Positions 48,706-58,135 of a stretch of 64,000 nucleotides of DNA are shown piece after piece. Within the stretch, counting starts at the first letter, position 1; the number at the start of each line of letters is the position of its first letter. Source of the stretch: a virus; the UHGV virus genome UHGV-1370141, one strand, 5' to 3'. The notes under the pieces were generated by a model, which searched no databases, was not told the origin of the DNA, and was given only the letters and a program-made list of their open reading frames with translations. The position numbers and the translations under genes were made by a program.

Positions 48706-50192
48706 TTGGTGAGGAACTTCGGTTCCAGGCCGTCCACGGCCATACCCAGAATCGTACGGGCAGTTAACGTGCGTTTACCACCTTTCGTTTCTTGGTCTTT
48801 AAACATCCAGTATTCTACGGTGTTCTCCAGAATCTCATTCCAATCCCATTTCTCATCAATGAGTTTGTAGATTTCTTCCATCGTGAGGTGGTATTTAACC
48901 TCTAAACGATGGTAGTTGTTCTGCATGTACGCAATCGCGGCCGTGATTTCTAATGCCCGACGCAGTTTCGGGTTATCGTCGATCATGTCGCGAATCGTCG
49001 TACGCTGGAATTTAACACCAGGCAGAATCTGGAGTTCTTTAATGGAACCACCGCTACCGCTGGATGTAAATCCAAATTCGGATTTTTTCAGAGTGTCACT
49101 CAGGTAATGCCACAGGCTCAGGTGATACAGTAGACCCATCTCTTGCGAGAAGATCATCTGGAACTTCACGCCCGTGTGACCGCCTTTAGCACGGTACTGC
49201 GTAAAGGTGATAACTTTCAGGTCGTTAACCGACGCGTTCATGGCTTTTGAACGTGCGGTTGGGTAAAGTTCTTCGTTAACACCGGTCTGGGCGTTATAAC
49301 TCTGGTCTTTTTTCAGCTCGCCTGATTTTGTCGCAACAATAAACGAGTTAGTCAAGAAACTTAATTGACGACGAGGAATCCCTGCGAATTTGAGATCGTC
49401 GTTCGCATCGTCCAGCAGTTTCGCGTTTGCTTTCTGTCCTTGACGACCGCCCGCCATCGCCTTACCGGAGTCATCGGCCATCTGTGCAACAAAGCCCATG
49501 TAGAAACCACCACGGGCAAACGCAGACGGCCAACGGCTCATCATGTTCGATTTCTGTAAGGCGTCGTGGGCGTTGAGGATGTTCTGATCGGAATCACCGA
49601 TATCCGTTTTAGCGTGCTTGTCTTCCAGAGAAGACGAGTGCCACTCCGACAGGGAGTCGATAGAATACAGCCACGGGTCAAGGATTTCTTTTTGCTTACG
49701 ACGAACCGGGTCAAGGAACGGCGTTACACGCGTTTTACCAGACATATACTGCTTGAAGCGTTTTTCCACTTCATCACGAATATAGTCACTGTAATATTGT
49801 TCCCCTGGCATCACGTCAGAACCAACGAGGTTATAACGACCTTCGTGAATAAGTTCCAGTACCGAAGTTCCATCGTCAATACCGTTGGCGTGCATGGCAG
49901 AAATATAACCGGTCTCTAAGCGATCGAGGGCAGCAGACACTTCGGTATCGTATTTCGAACCCCACTCCGCTTTATAGCGTTGCAGGATTTGGAAGATACA
50001 GAAATCCAACAGTGTGGATTTGAAGGTGTTACCACGACCCGCGAAACCCATGATGTGGGCAAAACCACCGTTAAGGTAGTATAAACCATCTTCGCCTCTT
50101 TCGTAGTTGCCTAAGGCGTGGTCCATGATGGTATAAACGTTAAAACGAGGACGAATTACTTCACCGATAACTTGCTTAGTTGGGCCTGCCAT
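48696..50192 (-). CDS. possible RecA/UvsX-like ATPase (498 aa), degenerate P-loop
   Basis: GFAGRGNTFKSTLL resembles the UvsX-type Walker A (GPSKSFKS-like); otherwise unassigned. Confidence 0.3.
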   Translation of the reverse strand: MAGPTKQVIGEVIRPRFNVYTIMDHALGNYERGEDGLYYLNGGFAHIMGFAGRGNTFKSTLLDFCIFQILQRYKAEWGSKYDTEVSAALDRLETGYISAMHANGIDDGTSVLELIHEGRYNLVGSDVMPGEQYYSDYIRDEVEKRFKQYMSGKTRVTPFLDPVRRKQKEILDPWLYSIDSLSEWHSSSLEDKHAKTDIGDSDQNILNAHDALQKSNMMSRWPSAFARGGFYMGFVAQMADDSGKAMAGGRQGQKANAKLLDDANDDLKFAGIPRRQLSFLTNSFIVATKSGELKKDQSYNAQTGVNEELYPTARSKAMNASVNDLKVITFTQYRAKGGHTGVKFQMIFSQEMGLLYHLSLWHYLSDTLKKSEFGFTSSGSGGSIKELQILPGVKFQRTTIRDMIDDNPKLRRALEITAAIAYMQNNYHRLEVKYHLTMEEIYKLIDEKWDWNEILENTVEYWMFKDQETKGGKRTLTARTILGMAVDGLEPKFLTKKK

Positions 50193-50207
50193 TTAGCGCT
50201 CCAATAA

Positions 50208-50507
50208 TTAACGATTCTTGGTCGGAAGAAGAAGACGGCGTTTGTGCCAGAATTCAAAGTAGGTCTCTACCCACTCGGTGACTTCTTCCGATTTTTCAGG
50301 ATAGGGGTTCTCAATAGACTCGAAACGACGTTTGTTGCGCTCGTCGATTTCTAATTCCATCACGCGCTTACCGTTAGGTAAAGAGGTCACGCTAAGAATC
50401 TTACCTACTTGAATAGGCTTACCTTCTTTGTCTTTTTTCACCGGGGTAAGATAGATTTCCGGTTCCAGACGAGGCGTGGTGTTTCGAGTCAGTAATTTGA
50501 TTTTCAT
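50208..50507 (-). CDS. hypothetical protein (99 aa)
   Basis: ORF. Confidence 0.45.
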   Translation of the reverse strand: MKIKLLTRNTTPRLEPEIYLTPVKKDKEGKPIQVGKILSVTSLPNGKRVMELEIDERNKRRFESIENPYPEKSEEVTEWVETYFEFWHKRRLLLPTKNR

Positions 50508-50604
50508 CGAGCTTTACCTTTATGAGATAATCTCGGTCATAAGTTCAGGATGAACTGTAAAAAGACTTTACTATGTAACCCTGACTTATAATCCGAGGTT
50601 TTAA

Positions 50605-51360
50605 ATGAACGTAAATCCACTTGCAGCGTTAACTAGCTTTGCCGCTAAAGCGTCTGCAATCTTACCCAAAGGGTTCAGTGGCCCTCAACAAGAGATTGCA
50701 TTAACCACTTACGACGACATGTCAGACGTTTCCAAGTGGATGCAACAGGAAAAATTCTTACACTTTGCAGGCATGTTGGTTATTGTACCGCCAGGCTTCA
50801 ATACCTACGTAATGGATCACATTAACCGCTTAGAATCGGTGTGGAGTTCATTACAGAAGATCTACGACGGTGTCCTTTTACCTGTTGAGTTGCAACTTTC
50901 CGCCCTTACACATGATGTGGGCGTACTGTCATTACCTATCGGTTTCCGTTATAAAAACGTTAACATTCCGTTACGTAACGTGAATCCGAAAGACCTGGTT
51001 AACCAGTTGGCTAAGTCTTACACCAACAACGTTATTGACCAGCGTCCGATTGAGAAAACGTATCACAGTGCTACGGAGATCGATATTGCGTTTAACCGTG
51101 CAAAAGCACTGAACGTTGAAATCACGAAGAAACTTCGTACGAACATCGATAAATCCATCGAGTCCATCAAAGCCTCTGCAACGATTCTGTCTGAACAAAA
51201 CATTCATCCTAACGTGGCAAAAGAACTGACAGCGATGTTAGACTTTGCATCCGATTGGGTTGAACTGTTTGGTTTGTTCATGAAACAGGTGAACGAATTG
51301 ATTGAATGTCTGAACGTGACGGCTGAACGCCTGAAAGCGCTGAAGGCAAACAAAAAATAA
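50605..51360 (+). CDS. hypothetical protein (251 aa)
   Basis: ATG with GAGG SD; terminator downstream. Confidence 0.55.
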   Translation: MNVNPLAALTSFAAKASAILPKGFSGPQQEIALTTYDDMSDVSKWMQQEKFLHFAGMLVIVPPGFNTYVMDHINRLESVWSSLQKIYDGVLLPVELQLSALTHDVGVLSLPIGFRYKNVNIPLRNVNPKDLVNQLAKSYTNNVIDQRPIEKTYHSATEIDIAFNRAKALNVEITKKLRTNIDKSIESIKASATILSEQNIHPNVAKELTAMLDFASDWVELFGLFMKQVNELIECLNVTAERLKALKANKK

Positions 51361-51372
51361 AAAGTAAAAGCT

Positions 51373-51410
51373 ACCCCTAGACCACAAGGTCTAGGGGTAA
51401 TCTTTATTTT
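51373..51410. terminator. bidirectional intrinsic terminator (stem acccctagacc / ggtctaggggt, loop acaa)
   Basis: 11-bp perfect stem with flanking A- and T-runs between convergent genes. Confidence 0.65.
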
Positions 51411-51414
51411 CACG

Positions 51415-52299
51415 CTAAAAACCAGATATAAAGGTGGGCGCAATCCATCGCCACTCCTGCCAGCGTGGTCCTGTCATTGGCCCACACCAGACCCGTTTCC
51501 AATGTGCCCTGCGTATGTGCGCTGCGCGATGAGGCGTTAAACAGATTCTCCTGCCTTCCCTGCGTTGTTTTTCTAAGTCTTCGCGTTGTACTGGACTTAC
51601 GTCAACAACGACAGGTTCTCTCCGTGGGAGGATTTCTGTATCAGGTACGTAACGTGTCGTTCTACCACGGTATTCCCGTCTCTCGCGTTCCGATTTCTTC
51701 ACCCGCGAGGAAAGATATAAACCGATATGTACCTCATCCAGAAGTTCCTCGTCCTTTGACTCGTTAGCAAAGTAAGGCTCTAAACTAACAAAGTCATCTG
51801 CCTTTCTGTTGAACCGATAAATCTTGGTTGTCCAACAGTGCCGCTGATTTATCTCCACCCATCGTAAAACGAACAATACTTCTTCACCTTCGAATTTACG
51901 ACGACCGATAAAGAGCGTAGCAGGAAGTTCGTTAATCTTGACAGTCACGGAAAAGGTGAATGAAGGGATGGCTTCAATCCACGCGTACGGAATATCCGTT
52001 AAACGTTCTGTGTCTGCAAGTAATCCCATCAGCTCTTTATCAGAGATAATTTCAATACCTGCGTATTGCCAACCCAAACCTAACGACTGACGAATAGAAT
52101 ACGGCACCTGTTTGGTGGTGCCGAACTCACGGTACGTTGGGTCGTTAACGGGCAGAAAGGTTACGGGAAGTTGTCTCTTGTGTTCCCTGACAAACGTTAG
52201 AAAACGATCTTCTTTCAGACCAAACAAGTCTTTGTGTGCAGTCTCTATAGCTTCACTAATACGTCGAAGCGTGTCTCCATAAATTCTGCGTCTTAACAT
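51415..52299 (-). CDS. hypothetical protein, member of tandem paralog pair (294 aa from ATG at 52299; track ORF extends to 52422)
   Basis: ATG with AGGAG SD 7 nt upstream; C-terminal motif AAHIRRAHWKRVWCGP...WIAPTF shared with 52310..53242. Confidence 0.55.
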   Translation of the reverse strand: MLRRRIYGDTLRRISEAIETAHKDLFGLKEDRFLTFVREHKRQLPVTFLPVNDPTYREFGTTKQVPYSIRQSLGLGWQYAGIEIISDKELMGLLADTERLTDIPYAWIEAIPSFTFSVTVKINELPATLFIGRRKFEGEEVLFVLRWVEINQRHCWTTKIYRFNRKADDFVSLEPYFANESKDEELLDEVHIGLYLSSRVKKSERERREYRGRTTRYVPDTEILPRREPVVVDVSPVQREDLEKQRREGRRICLTPHRAAHIRRAHWKRVWCGPMTGPRWQEWRWIAPTFISGF

Positions 52300-52309
52300 T
52301 ATAATTCTC

Positions 52310-53242
52310 CTAGTCTTGCGTGTGGGGTACGTAGCCTCGGACAAATGTCGGTGGAATCCAGCAAAGTTTTCTTTTTCTTTCACCGTTTCTTGGGCCAACC
52401 CAGTATCTACGCCAGTGTGCACGACGTATATGTGCAGCTTTGGCGTGTTTGATACCCTGCATGGCTTTCAAGTCGGTGTTAAATCCTTTTAGATATTTTA
52501 CTTGTCCTGGTGTGATATCAACCTTAACATCACGTTCTCGCGGTTTAACGTCGTAACTAATACTACCGTTCTTTTTGATTTCCCTGAACTTAATATCATT
52601 AAAAGACTCCCTGTAATTAGGCGGGATTAGCGTGCACAGAAATATCATCGAAGTGGCGGCTTTGGCCAGAGATAACCATAACATCTTCTCTTCTTCGGTC
52701 TGTACGCCAGTTGTATAATCAATTTCAACAAGCCCGTTTCCTACACTACGAAGCTCTAACGAACAAGTGGCAATTGTGGTAACTCCTTCTGTTAACCCGT
52801 AATCAGTATTTGTAGCGATTATAATAAACCTTTTCTTCCCATTTTTTCGATAGCCGAGAAAGAAAGTCTCATCCTCTTTACCTACGTCGATTGCCACAGT
52901 CCATGCGGGTATAAAGTCCAACCATTCTTCAGGGAATTTACTGGGCATCTCAGTCTCGAAAACAAGTTCTCTAAGTGCTTGGTTGGATATTAAGGAAACC
53001 CCGCCATATAGCCACCCGATTGCCAACGTTTGTGCGTGAAGGGAACGTGGATCTTTGAGACCTAACTCAGTGTCGTAGGGTATAAAGGAATTGGTTAAAT
53101 GGTTACGATTCTTTTTTATCCATTTCGAGACAGGATTTTCTTTTGTTTGGTTTTCTTCCATGACATTTTCTAGATGCTGACTCCCCATTTGTCTAAGACA
53201 GTCTTTAATACCTTTTACTTTTTTACTTTTGTACAAATACAT
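52310..53242 (-). CDS. hypothetical protein, member of tandem paralog pair (310 aa)
   Basis: ATG with AGGAG SD; C-terminal AAHIRRAHWRRYWVGP...WIPPTF and internal GWLYGGVSLIS blocks shared with 51415..52299. Confidence 0.55.
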   Translation of the reverse strand: MYLYKSKKVKGIKDCLRQMGSQHLENVMEENQTKENPVSKWIKKNRNHLTNSFIPYDTELGLKDPRSLHAQTLAIGWLYGGVSLISNQALRELVFETEMPSKFPEEWLDFIPAWTVAIDVGKEDETFFLGYRKNGKKRFIIIATNTDYGLTEGVTTIATCSLELRSVGNGLVEIDYTTGVQTEEEKMLWLSLAKAATSMIFLCTLIPPNYRESFNDIKFREIKKNGSISYDVKPRERDVKVDITPGQVKYLKGFNTDLKAMQGIKHAKAAHIRRAHWRRYWVGPRNGERKRKLCWIPPTFVRGYVPHTQD

Positions 53243-53260
53243 GGTATATGCTCCTAAAAT

Positions 53261-53295
53261 GGTTAAAATAAAGCAACCCTAGCCGAAGCTAGGGT
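53261..53295 (-). terminator. intrinsic terminator (stem accctagc / gctagggt, loop cgaa, U-run on minus strand)
   Basis: 8-bp stem downstream of 53301..53789. Confidence 0.5.
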
Positions 53296-53300
53296 GTATG

Positions 53301-53789
53301 TTAGTCGATCTTGACGTAATTTGGGTAATTAGCTTTCAACCACTCCCACAGGTGTAATGCGAGCATACCTTGGTCGTAGCTAATAATATCCACAATACCG
53401 TGTGAGTGTGCTTCATTACCCCAAATTTGACTATAGAAACGACGCCACTCACCTTCTGCATATGGTGGTACAATTGCTGGGATAAAACCGTTATGGTATT
53501 CGTTAATTAGTGATTGTAAAGTTTCAATACGGATTCCGTATAACCGTCTATCGATGAACGATTTTGTGATCCCACCAAAGAAACCAACAAAGAAATCATC
53601 CAGACTCGTTATAAGTCGGGCTCTGTAATTATTTTCGATGTAGTCGGCGGCAACGCCAGCCATCCACGGAGTATCGACGACCATTGGCGCGAGTTTATTT
53701 CTGATCGTGGCATGTACACGGTCGGTATGGTTGAGGAATTCATGAATAATGTCGGAATTTTTCAAAGCGATAATTTGATTTAAATTCAT
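53301..53789 (-). CDS. hypothetical protein (162 aa)
   Basis: ORF. Confidence 0.5.
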   Translation of the reverse strand: MNLNQIIALKNSDIIHEFLNHTDRVHATIRNKLAPMVVDTPWMAGVAADYIENNYRARLITSLDDFFVGFFGGITKSFIDRRLYGIRIETLQSLINEYHNGFIPAIVPPYAEGEWRRFYSQIWGNEAHSHGIVDIISYDQGMLALHLWEWLKANYPNYVKID

Positions 53790-53806
53790 GTTTTAATCTC
53801 CTTAAG

Positions 53807-54355
53807 TTAAACGGTGCTTGTCTTAGCGGGTTGAAGTTTTGATGATAAATAAATAATCTCGGAACTACACACCCTTTTTACTAATGCCAAATTTTCAATA
53901 AAGATATCTCGAATGCGAGACGTGGTTTCATTAGTAAGAATATCGCTCCAGCATACAGTATCGACTATGTTGGTTTCAGCATTCTGTTGCTGTATAACAC
54001 CAACGTAAATCGTTTCGAAATCGTCTGGGGAATGGTTTTGTAAATAGTGTGCTGCGTCGACGAACGCCTTTTCCAGTATTGATTCTACCGTAGTGTCTGG
54101 GTCGGTTACACGAACCAGGTAGGGTCGCTCTATCACTGCGTGAATCCGCCTTTCTAACACGTCTACCAGAAAATCCACCATCGCTTTAGCATCTAAGATT
54201 ACCACGGTTTCCCCGTTGTTCTCTTTTGTTAGCTTTCTCTCGTACACCGCTATCGCGTCGTGCAGTTCTAACGTCACTTTATTTCGCATTTCGGTAAGTA
54301 TTTTATTTAGCCTGTCTCGTGACGAGCTCAGAGAGAAATCAATAAGTAATTTCAT
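53807..54355 (-). CDS. hypothetical protein (182 aa)
   Basis: ORF. Confidence 0.5.
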   Translation of the reverse strand: MKLLIDFSLSSSRDRLNKILTEMRNKVTLELHDAIAVYERKLTKENNGETVVILDAKAMVDFLVDVLERRIHAVIERPYLVRVTDPDTTVESILEKAFVDAAHYLQNHSPDDFETIYVGVIQQQNAETNIVDTVCWSDILTNETTSRIRDIFIENLALVKRVCSSEIIYLSSKLQPAKTSTV

Positions 54356-54356
54356 G

Positions 54357-55094
54357 TTAATAATCCTGATAAATGACGTCAGCCCGGTCTTTACGTAACT
54401 GGCAGTATGTCACATCCGCACCGTTAGGGATTCGCACACCGGTGTCTTCAAGATAGATAACACCAGTCTGATTACAGAAATAAAAAGACCACAAATACGG
54501 ATCGCCATGACACCCATTTTCGTAATGATTGAACGGCCAATAACCACGATGTAATTCATCAAAATCATCGCGCTCGATACCGTAAGCAATCATTTCTTTT
54601 TCCCACAACTTACATTCAGCGTCATAAGTCGAATACCAGAAACCAACGAGATTCTTTGTTCGTTTGACGTTCATTAAGTCGTTATAAATGGGAAAGAGCG
54701 CTTTATTGTAATTTTCTAACATGTTCGAGGAAAGTAGAAAATTCACGTAGTATTCTAGCCATTGATAAACGGCCTCCCAGACATCTTCAGAGGAGAAATG
54801 TTCGAATACGGCGTCATCACAATCGTAGTTATCGAAGATCGCTGAGAGATCTATTATGACGTCACGAAGGTCAAAGTTTCGGTTGGTGTTGACAGCGTCA
54901 ATAACCTCAGAGACGAGGTGGGTAAAGACATTTGTACAGGCTGATTGTGCGGTGTAAAAGAATTCTCCTTGGACAGTTGACCATTTTGGGTCTTTCAGGC
55001 GTTCATTGAAGTATTGTGGCCAAATTTTATAAAAGAGTCCCTCGAACAACGAGGGATTAATACGTTGTAATTGAGGGACATAAACTTTCAACAT
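54357..55094 (-). CDS. hypothetical protein (245 aa)
   Basis: ATG with GGAG SD; AT-rich motif 30 nt upstream. Confidence 0.55.
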   Translation of the reverse strand: MLKVYVPQLQRINPSLFEGLFYKIWPQYFNERLKDPKWSTVQGEFFYTAQSACTNVFTHLVSEVIDAVNTNRNFDLRDVIIDLSAIFDNYDCDDAVFEHFSSEDVWEAVYQWLEYYVNFLLSSNMLENYNKALFPIYNDLMNVKRTKNLVGFWYSTYDAECKLWEKEMIAYGIERDDFDELHRGYWPFNHYENGCHGDPYLWSFYFCNQTGVIYLEDTGVRIPNGADVTYCQLRKDRADVIYQDY

Positions 55095-55123
55095 GGTGAC
55101 TAACTCCGAGGGTTCTACACCTG

Positions 55124-55136
55124 AATAATATCTATC
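55124..55136 (-). promoter_or_regulatory. conserved AT-rich motif (plus-strand AATAATATCTATC), candidate promoter 30 nt upstream of minus gene start 55094
   Basis: Third exact copy of the ATAATATCT core. Confidence 0.3.
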
Positions 55137-55803
55137 TAAGAAAGTTTTTAGCGAAATAGGGATCGATGTGAAACGCTTTCACGAGAGAATCATAGCCGGA
55201 GTGAATCTGATCGGAGTTGAGCAGGAAACGGTCTAGATCGTGAGGCAATATCCAGGCGTCACCTTGTTTGAAAATAGTGTGACCTACAGTTTCTGGAGAA
55301 AATCGAATTTCTTCCGGGAAGGGATACGTTTGCTTCAAATCGAGGTCGGTGGGTTTTAAGGTAACTAAACGAACGGGTCGTTTACTGGCCACCTCCTTAA
55401 CGAATTGGTTACGATCAAACCAGATAATCTTTTCAGGGTAGCTTTCCAGCTCACTCCAGACCTTGTTAATCACCAGATTAAAGTTCTGTTGCAGTTCCCC
55501 GGATTGGTTAGCGTAACCTAAGCACTCTTCTACCAAAGCTGGATTACCGTAAGTGTTAGTAATAACCTGTGCAATCACACGTTGTGGGAAACAATCTTTC
55601 GGTATATCACAACCTGCATTGTACAATGCAATGATTTCCCACAATGAGCGTAAGGCAAGTTCAAGTGACACTTCCCCGAGTGTATAGTGGTCGTCAGAAT
55701 AGGGGGCTTTAAAGCCCCACTGCTGACGCGCAATTGCTGAAAAGCGTATCTGGATATAACTCGGTGCCATCGATAACGCTTGACTAAAAACAATCAGCAT
55801 CAA
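55132..55803 (-). CDS. hypothetical protein (223 aa)
   Basis: ORF, 4-nt overlap with upstream gene. Confidence 0.5.
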   Translation of the reverse strand: MMLIVFSQALSMAPSYIQIRFSAIARQQWGFKAPYSDDHYTLGEVSLELALRSLWEIIALYNAGCDIPKDCFPQRVIAQVITNTYGNPALVEECLGYANQSGELQQNFNLVINKVWSELESYPEKIIWFDRNQFVKEVASKRPVRLVTLKPTDLDLKQTYPFPEEIRFSPETVGHTIFKQGDAWILPHDLDRFLLNSDQIHSGYDSLVKAFHIDPYFAKNFLR

Positions 55804-57311
55804 AGTTCCTTATCGGTCAATATTCGTTTGTTTGAATAATAACCACACCATAGACCATGATACTTCTCACCGATATACACTAACGCGTATTCAATATACT
55901 GACGTTCTGGACGACGTACGGCAATGTAGAATCGCCCGTTTGGTTCTTTGATACGGTTGATTTCCGTACGCGTCGGTATGTCGATAGCACGCGTAAGAAT
56001 AGTTTTAACGTCAACCTTCCCGTTAGGGATTTTAATGGAAACGTCAAACCCTTTATCCACGTTTCGGTAAAAGTCTTTGGTGGGTTTACCTTTTTCGTCA
56101 TAAAGCAAATCGGTAATATCATTTAAGACAACGTTCGATTTGCCTTCCAAACAGTCACGCAGCCACTCTGCCAGTTCATCACGAATGGTTACGCAGCGGT
56201 ATGACAATAACGCGGGACGCAGAATACGACTGATAGACAAGTCTTCGTACATCCACAGGTTTTTGTCTTCGCTAAAGTGCATTTTGTCAACCGGGATACC
56301 GTTAGCCGCAGCTTCCGCAAACTTCTTACGTTTTACGAACAGGTTGAACACAACAGCGATAGGGTCAAACTGACGCAAACGTGGTACGCCCTCCCAGGCT
56401 TTAGCAGCGTGGGCGTTAACCAAATCATAAACGTTCGTCCACGGCTCACGTGTAAACATCACACAAAACTGCGCATCAGGGATGTATTTTCCGACGAAGA
56501 CAATATCGTCCTTCTGTTTTGCGTGGTTACCCCCGAACATGTAATAGAGATTTTCACCGTTTACTTTAACTGTAGGGTGTTGCTCATTTACCATCGGGTA
56601 GCAGAACTTGGTTACGCAAATATCAGGAAACGCGGCAACGTTAACGCCTTCACTGACGATTTCTTCCTGCTGTTCTTCCGGGATTTCGTCTGCTGACCAG
56701 TACGCCTGATAATCTAAACCTTCTCCGTGCGCAGAGATGGATGATCCTTTTCGTGCCAGCCCGTCAGCTCGTTCGTTACCGTAGTGACCAGAGTGTCCTT
56801 TGATTTTAAGAACACGAATCCCTTTTCCTTCTTTCTTCAGACGTTTCTTAATTTCCCACATCCGTTGAACCAGCTCAAGGTTCGCGATAGGGGTTCCATC
56901 AGCCCGTCGCCAGTCCCGCTTAGCCCAACCGTCAATCCAATCGTTAAACGTATTCACAACGTAAGACGCGTCGATATAGATAACGTAGTTTTTTGCAACG
57001 AACGGTGCTTTTTCGAAAACGGTTAAAAAAGCAACAATCTCTGCAACATCGGAGTGGTGGTGTTTCGGTACCGGAATAACACAGTCTACGAACTCAACAG
57101 AGTCCGGTAGCGCAGGAAGTTTTTCCTCTTTGTTAATCTGGCGATAACCAGAGGTCGTAATCCCTTCGGGAATGGTAGGGTGGCGATAAACGCCACCGTC
57201 AACAATCTCTTCCTTGTTAAACAGGTAGCCGTGAATCCCACCGCCTGTTCCCATCGGTGAGGTTAAATGGCTACCGTCGGTATAAAGTACAGCAACATCA
57301 ACGTTCTTCAT
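55800..57311 (-). CDS. ribonuclease H domain protein (N-terminal RNase HI-like domain plus about 300-aa C-terminal domain of unknown function), 503 aa
   Basis: RNase HI motifs LYTDGS, EIVAF, YIDASY, KIKGHSGHYGNERADGLAR. Confidence 0.8.
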   Translation of the reverse strand: MKNVDVAVLYTDGSHLTSPMGTGGGIHGYLFNKEEIVDGGVYRHPTIPEGITTSGYRQINKEEKLPALPDSVEFVDCVIPVPKHHHSDVAEIVAFLTVFEKAPFVAKNYVIYIDASYVVNTFNDWIDGWAKRDWRRADGTPIANLELVQRMWEIKKRLKKEGKGIRVLKIKGHSGHYGNERADGLARKGSSISAHGEGLDYQAYWSADEIPEEQQEEIVSEGVNVAAFPDICVTKFCYPMVNEQHPTVKVNGENLYYMFGGNHAKQKDDIVFVGKYIPDAQFCVMFTREPWTNVYDLVNAHAAKAWEGVPRLRQFDPIAVVFNLFVKRKKFAEAAANGIPVDKMHFSEDKNLWMYEDLSISRILRPALLSYRCVTIRDELAEWLRDCLEGKSNVVLNDITDLLYDEKGKPTKDFYRNVDKGFDVSIKIPNGKVDVKTILTRAIDIPTRTEINRIKEPNGRFYIAVRRPERQYIEYALVYIGEKYHGLWCGYYSNKRILTDKEL

Positions 57312-57313
57312 TC

Positions 57314-58048
57314 TTAATCCCTGGTTAACTGATCACGAATCTGTGGTGGAATATACTCACCGGTTTTCAGTTCTTCGTGACAGGCTTTAGCACGTTCGTA
57401 CCCATACTCGCGAGTAATCAGTGCAAGGTGATAAATACGTGCGGTGGTATAAGCTTCTTTCGCGGCATCCCACAAAGCATGGTGTTCAAATGCCGGTTTA
57501 CCCCGCGTCCAGTAAACTTGCTCAACGGTCAAGTCAGGCTCAAAACCAAACGCCAGCGCTAAACGTTCTGCGGTGCGGTCACTGTCTAACGCGCTGAACT
57601 TACGGAATTTACCTGGAGGGACGTCACATTGTGCGAACGCGTTCATGAAAATCGGCGAATCGAAATCCGGACCACGCATGGTGATAACAAAATTGTGTTT
57701 ACCGGTGATTTCGTCTAACCACTTACGCATCGCCCACAGCGCTTCCGGCATAGGAGTTGTACCGCCCCATGCTTCCGTGTAGGCTTCACGAGACGGTGCG
57801 TATTCAGGTTCCCCTTTACCTTCCCACCATCCTACGGTCTGTGGGTCTTCGTGGAACACAGCTTTTGCTTTAGGGTCGTTAGGATCAATACGCATATACG
57901 ACGACCCCACCATTTTTAAAGTCGGTACGTCAAAGGCAACTAAGCCCGTGGTTAACAGATACGCATCAGGACGCAGTGATTTAGTTTCTGCGTCGGCACC
58001 GATTACCAACGTCGGTAAGGTGGGTTGAATCGTTTTCGGGTATGTCAT
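57314..58048 (-). CDS. DEDDh-type 3'-5' exonuclease (DnaQ-like), 244 aa
   Basis: Exo I-like GADAET, C-terminal HHALWDA (H-x4-D) motif. Confidence 0.55.
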   Translation of the reverse strand: MTYPKTIQPTLPTLVIGADAETKSLRPDAYLLTTGLVAFDVPTLKMVGSSYMRIDPNDPKAKAVFHEDPQTVGWWEGKGEPEYAPSREAYTEAWGGTTPMPEALWAMRKWLDEITGKHNFVITMRGPDFDSPIFMNAFAQCDVPPGKFRKFSALDSDRTAERLALAFGFEPDLTVEQVYWTRGKPAFEHHALWDAAKEAYTTARIYHLALITREYGYERAKACHEELKTGEYIPPQIRDQLTRD

Positions 58049-58084
58049 GTTAAGCTCCTTTCTCTATACATTAGAAGGGGGTTA

Positions 58085-58130
58085 AACGTTAAAAAGAAAA
58101 TACCTCCTGTACCCCGAAGGATACAGGAGG
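58085..58130 (-). terminator. intrinsic terminator (stem cctcctgta / tacaggagg, U-run on minus strand)
   Basis: 9-bp stem downstream of 58136..58591. Confidence 0.5.
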
Positions 58131-58135
58131 CGTTG

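Noticed and set aside
51415-52422. Full 335-aa track ORF as the gene
   Set aside because: The first 41 codons overlap the upstream paralog in another frame; internal ATG at 52299 has an AGGAG SD, so the shorter 294-aa gene is preferred
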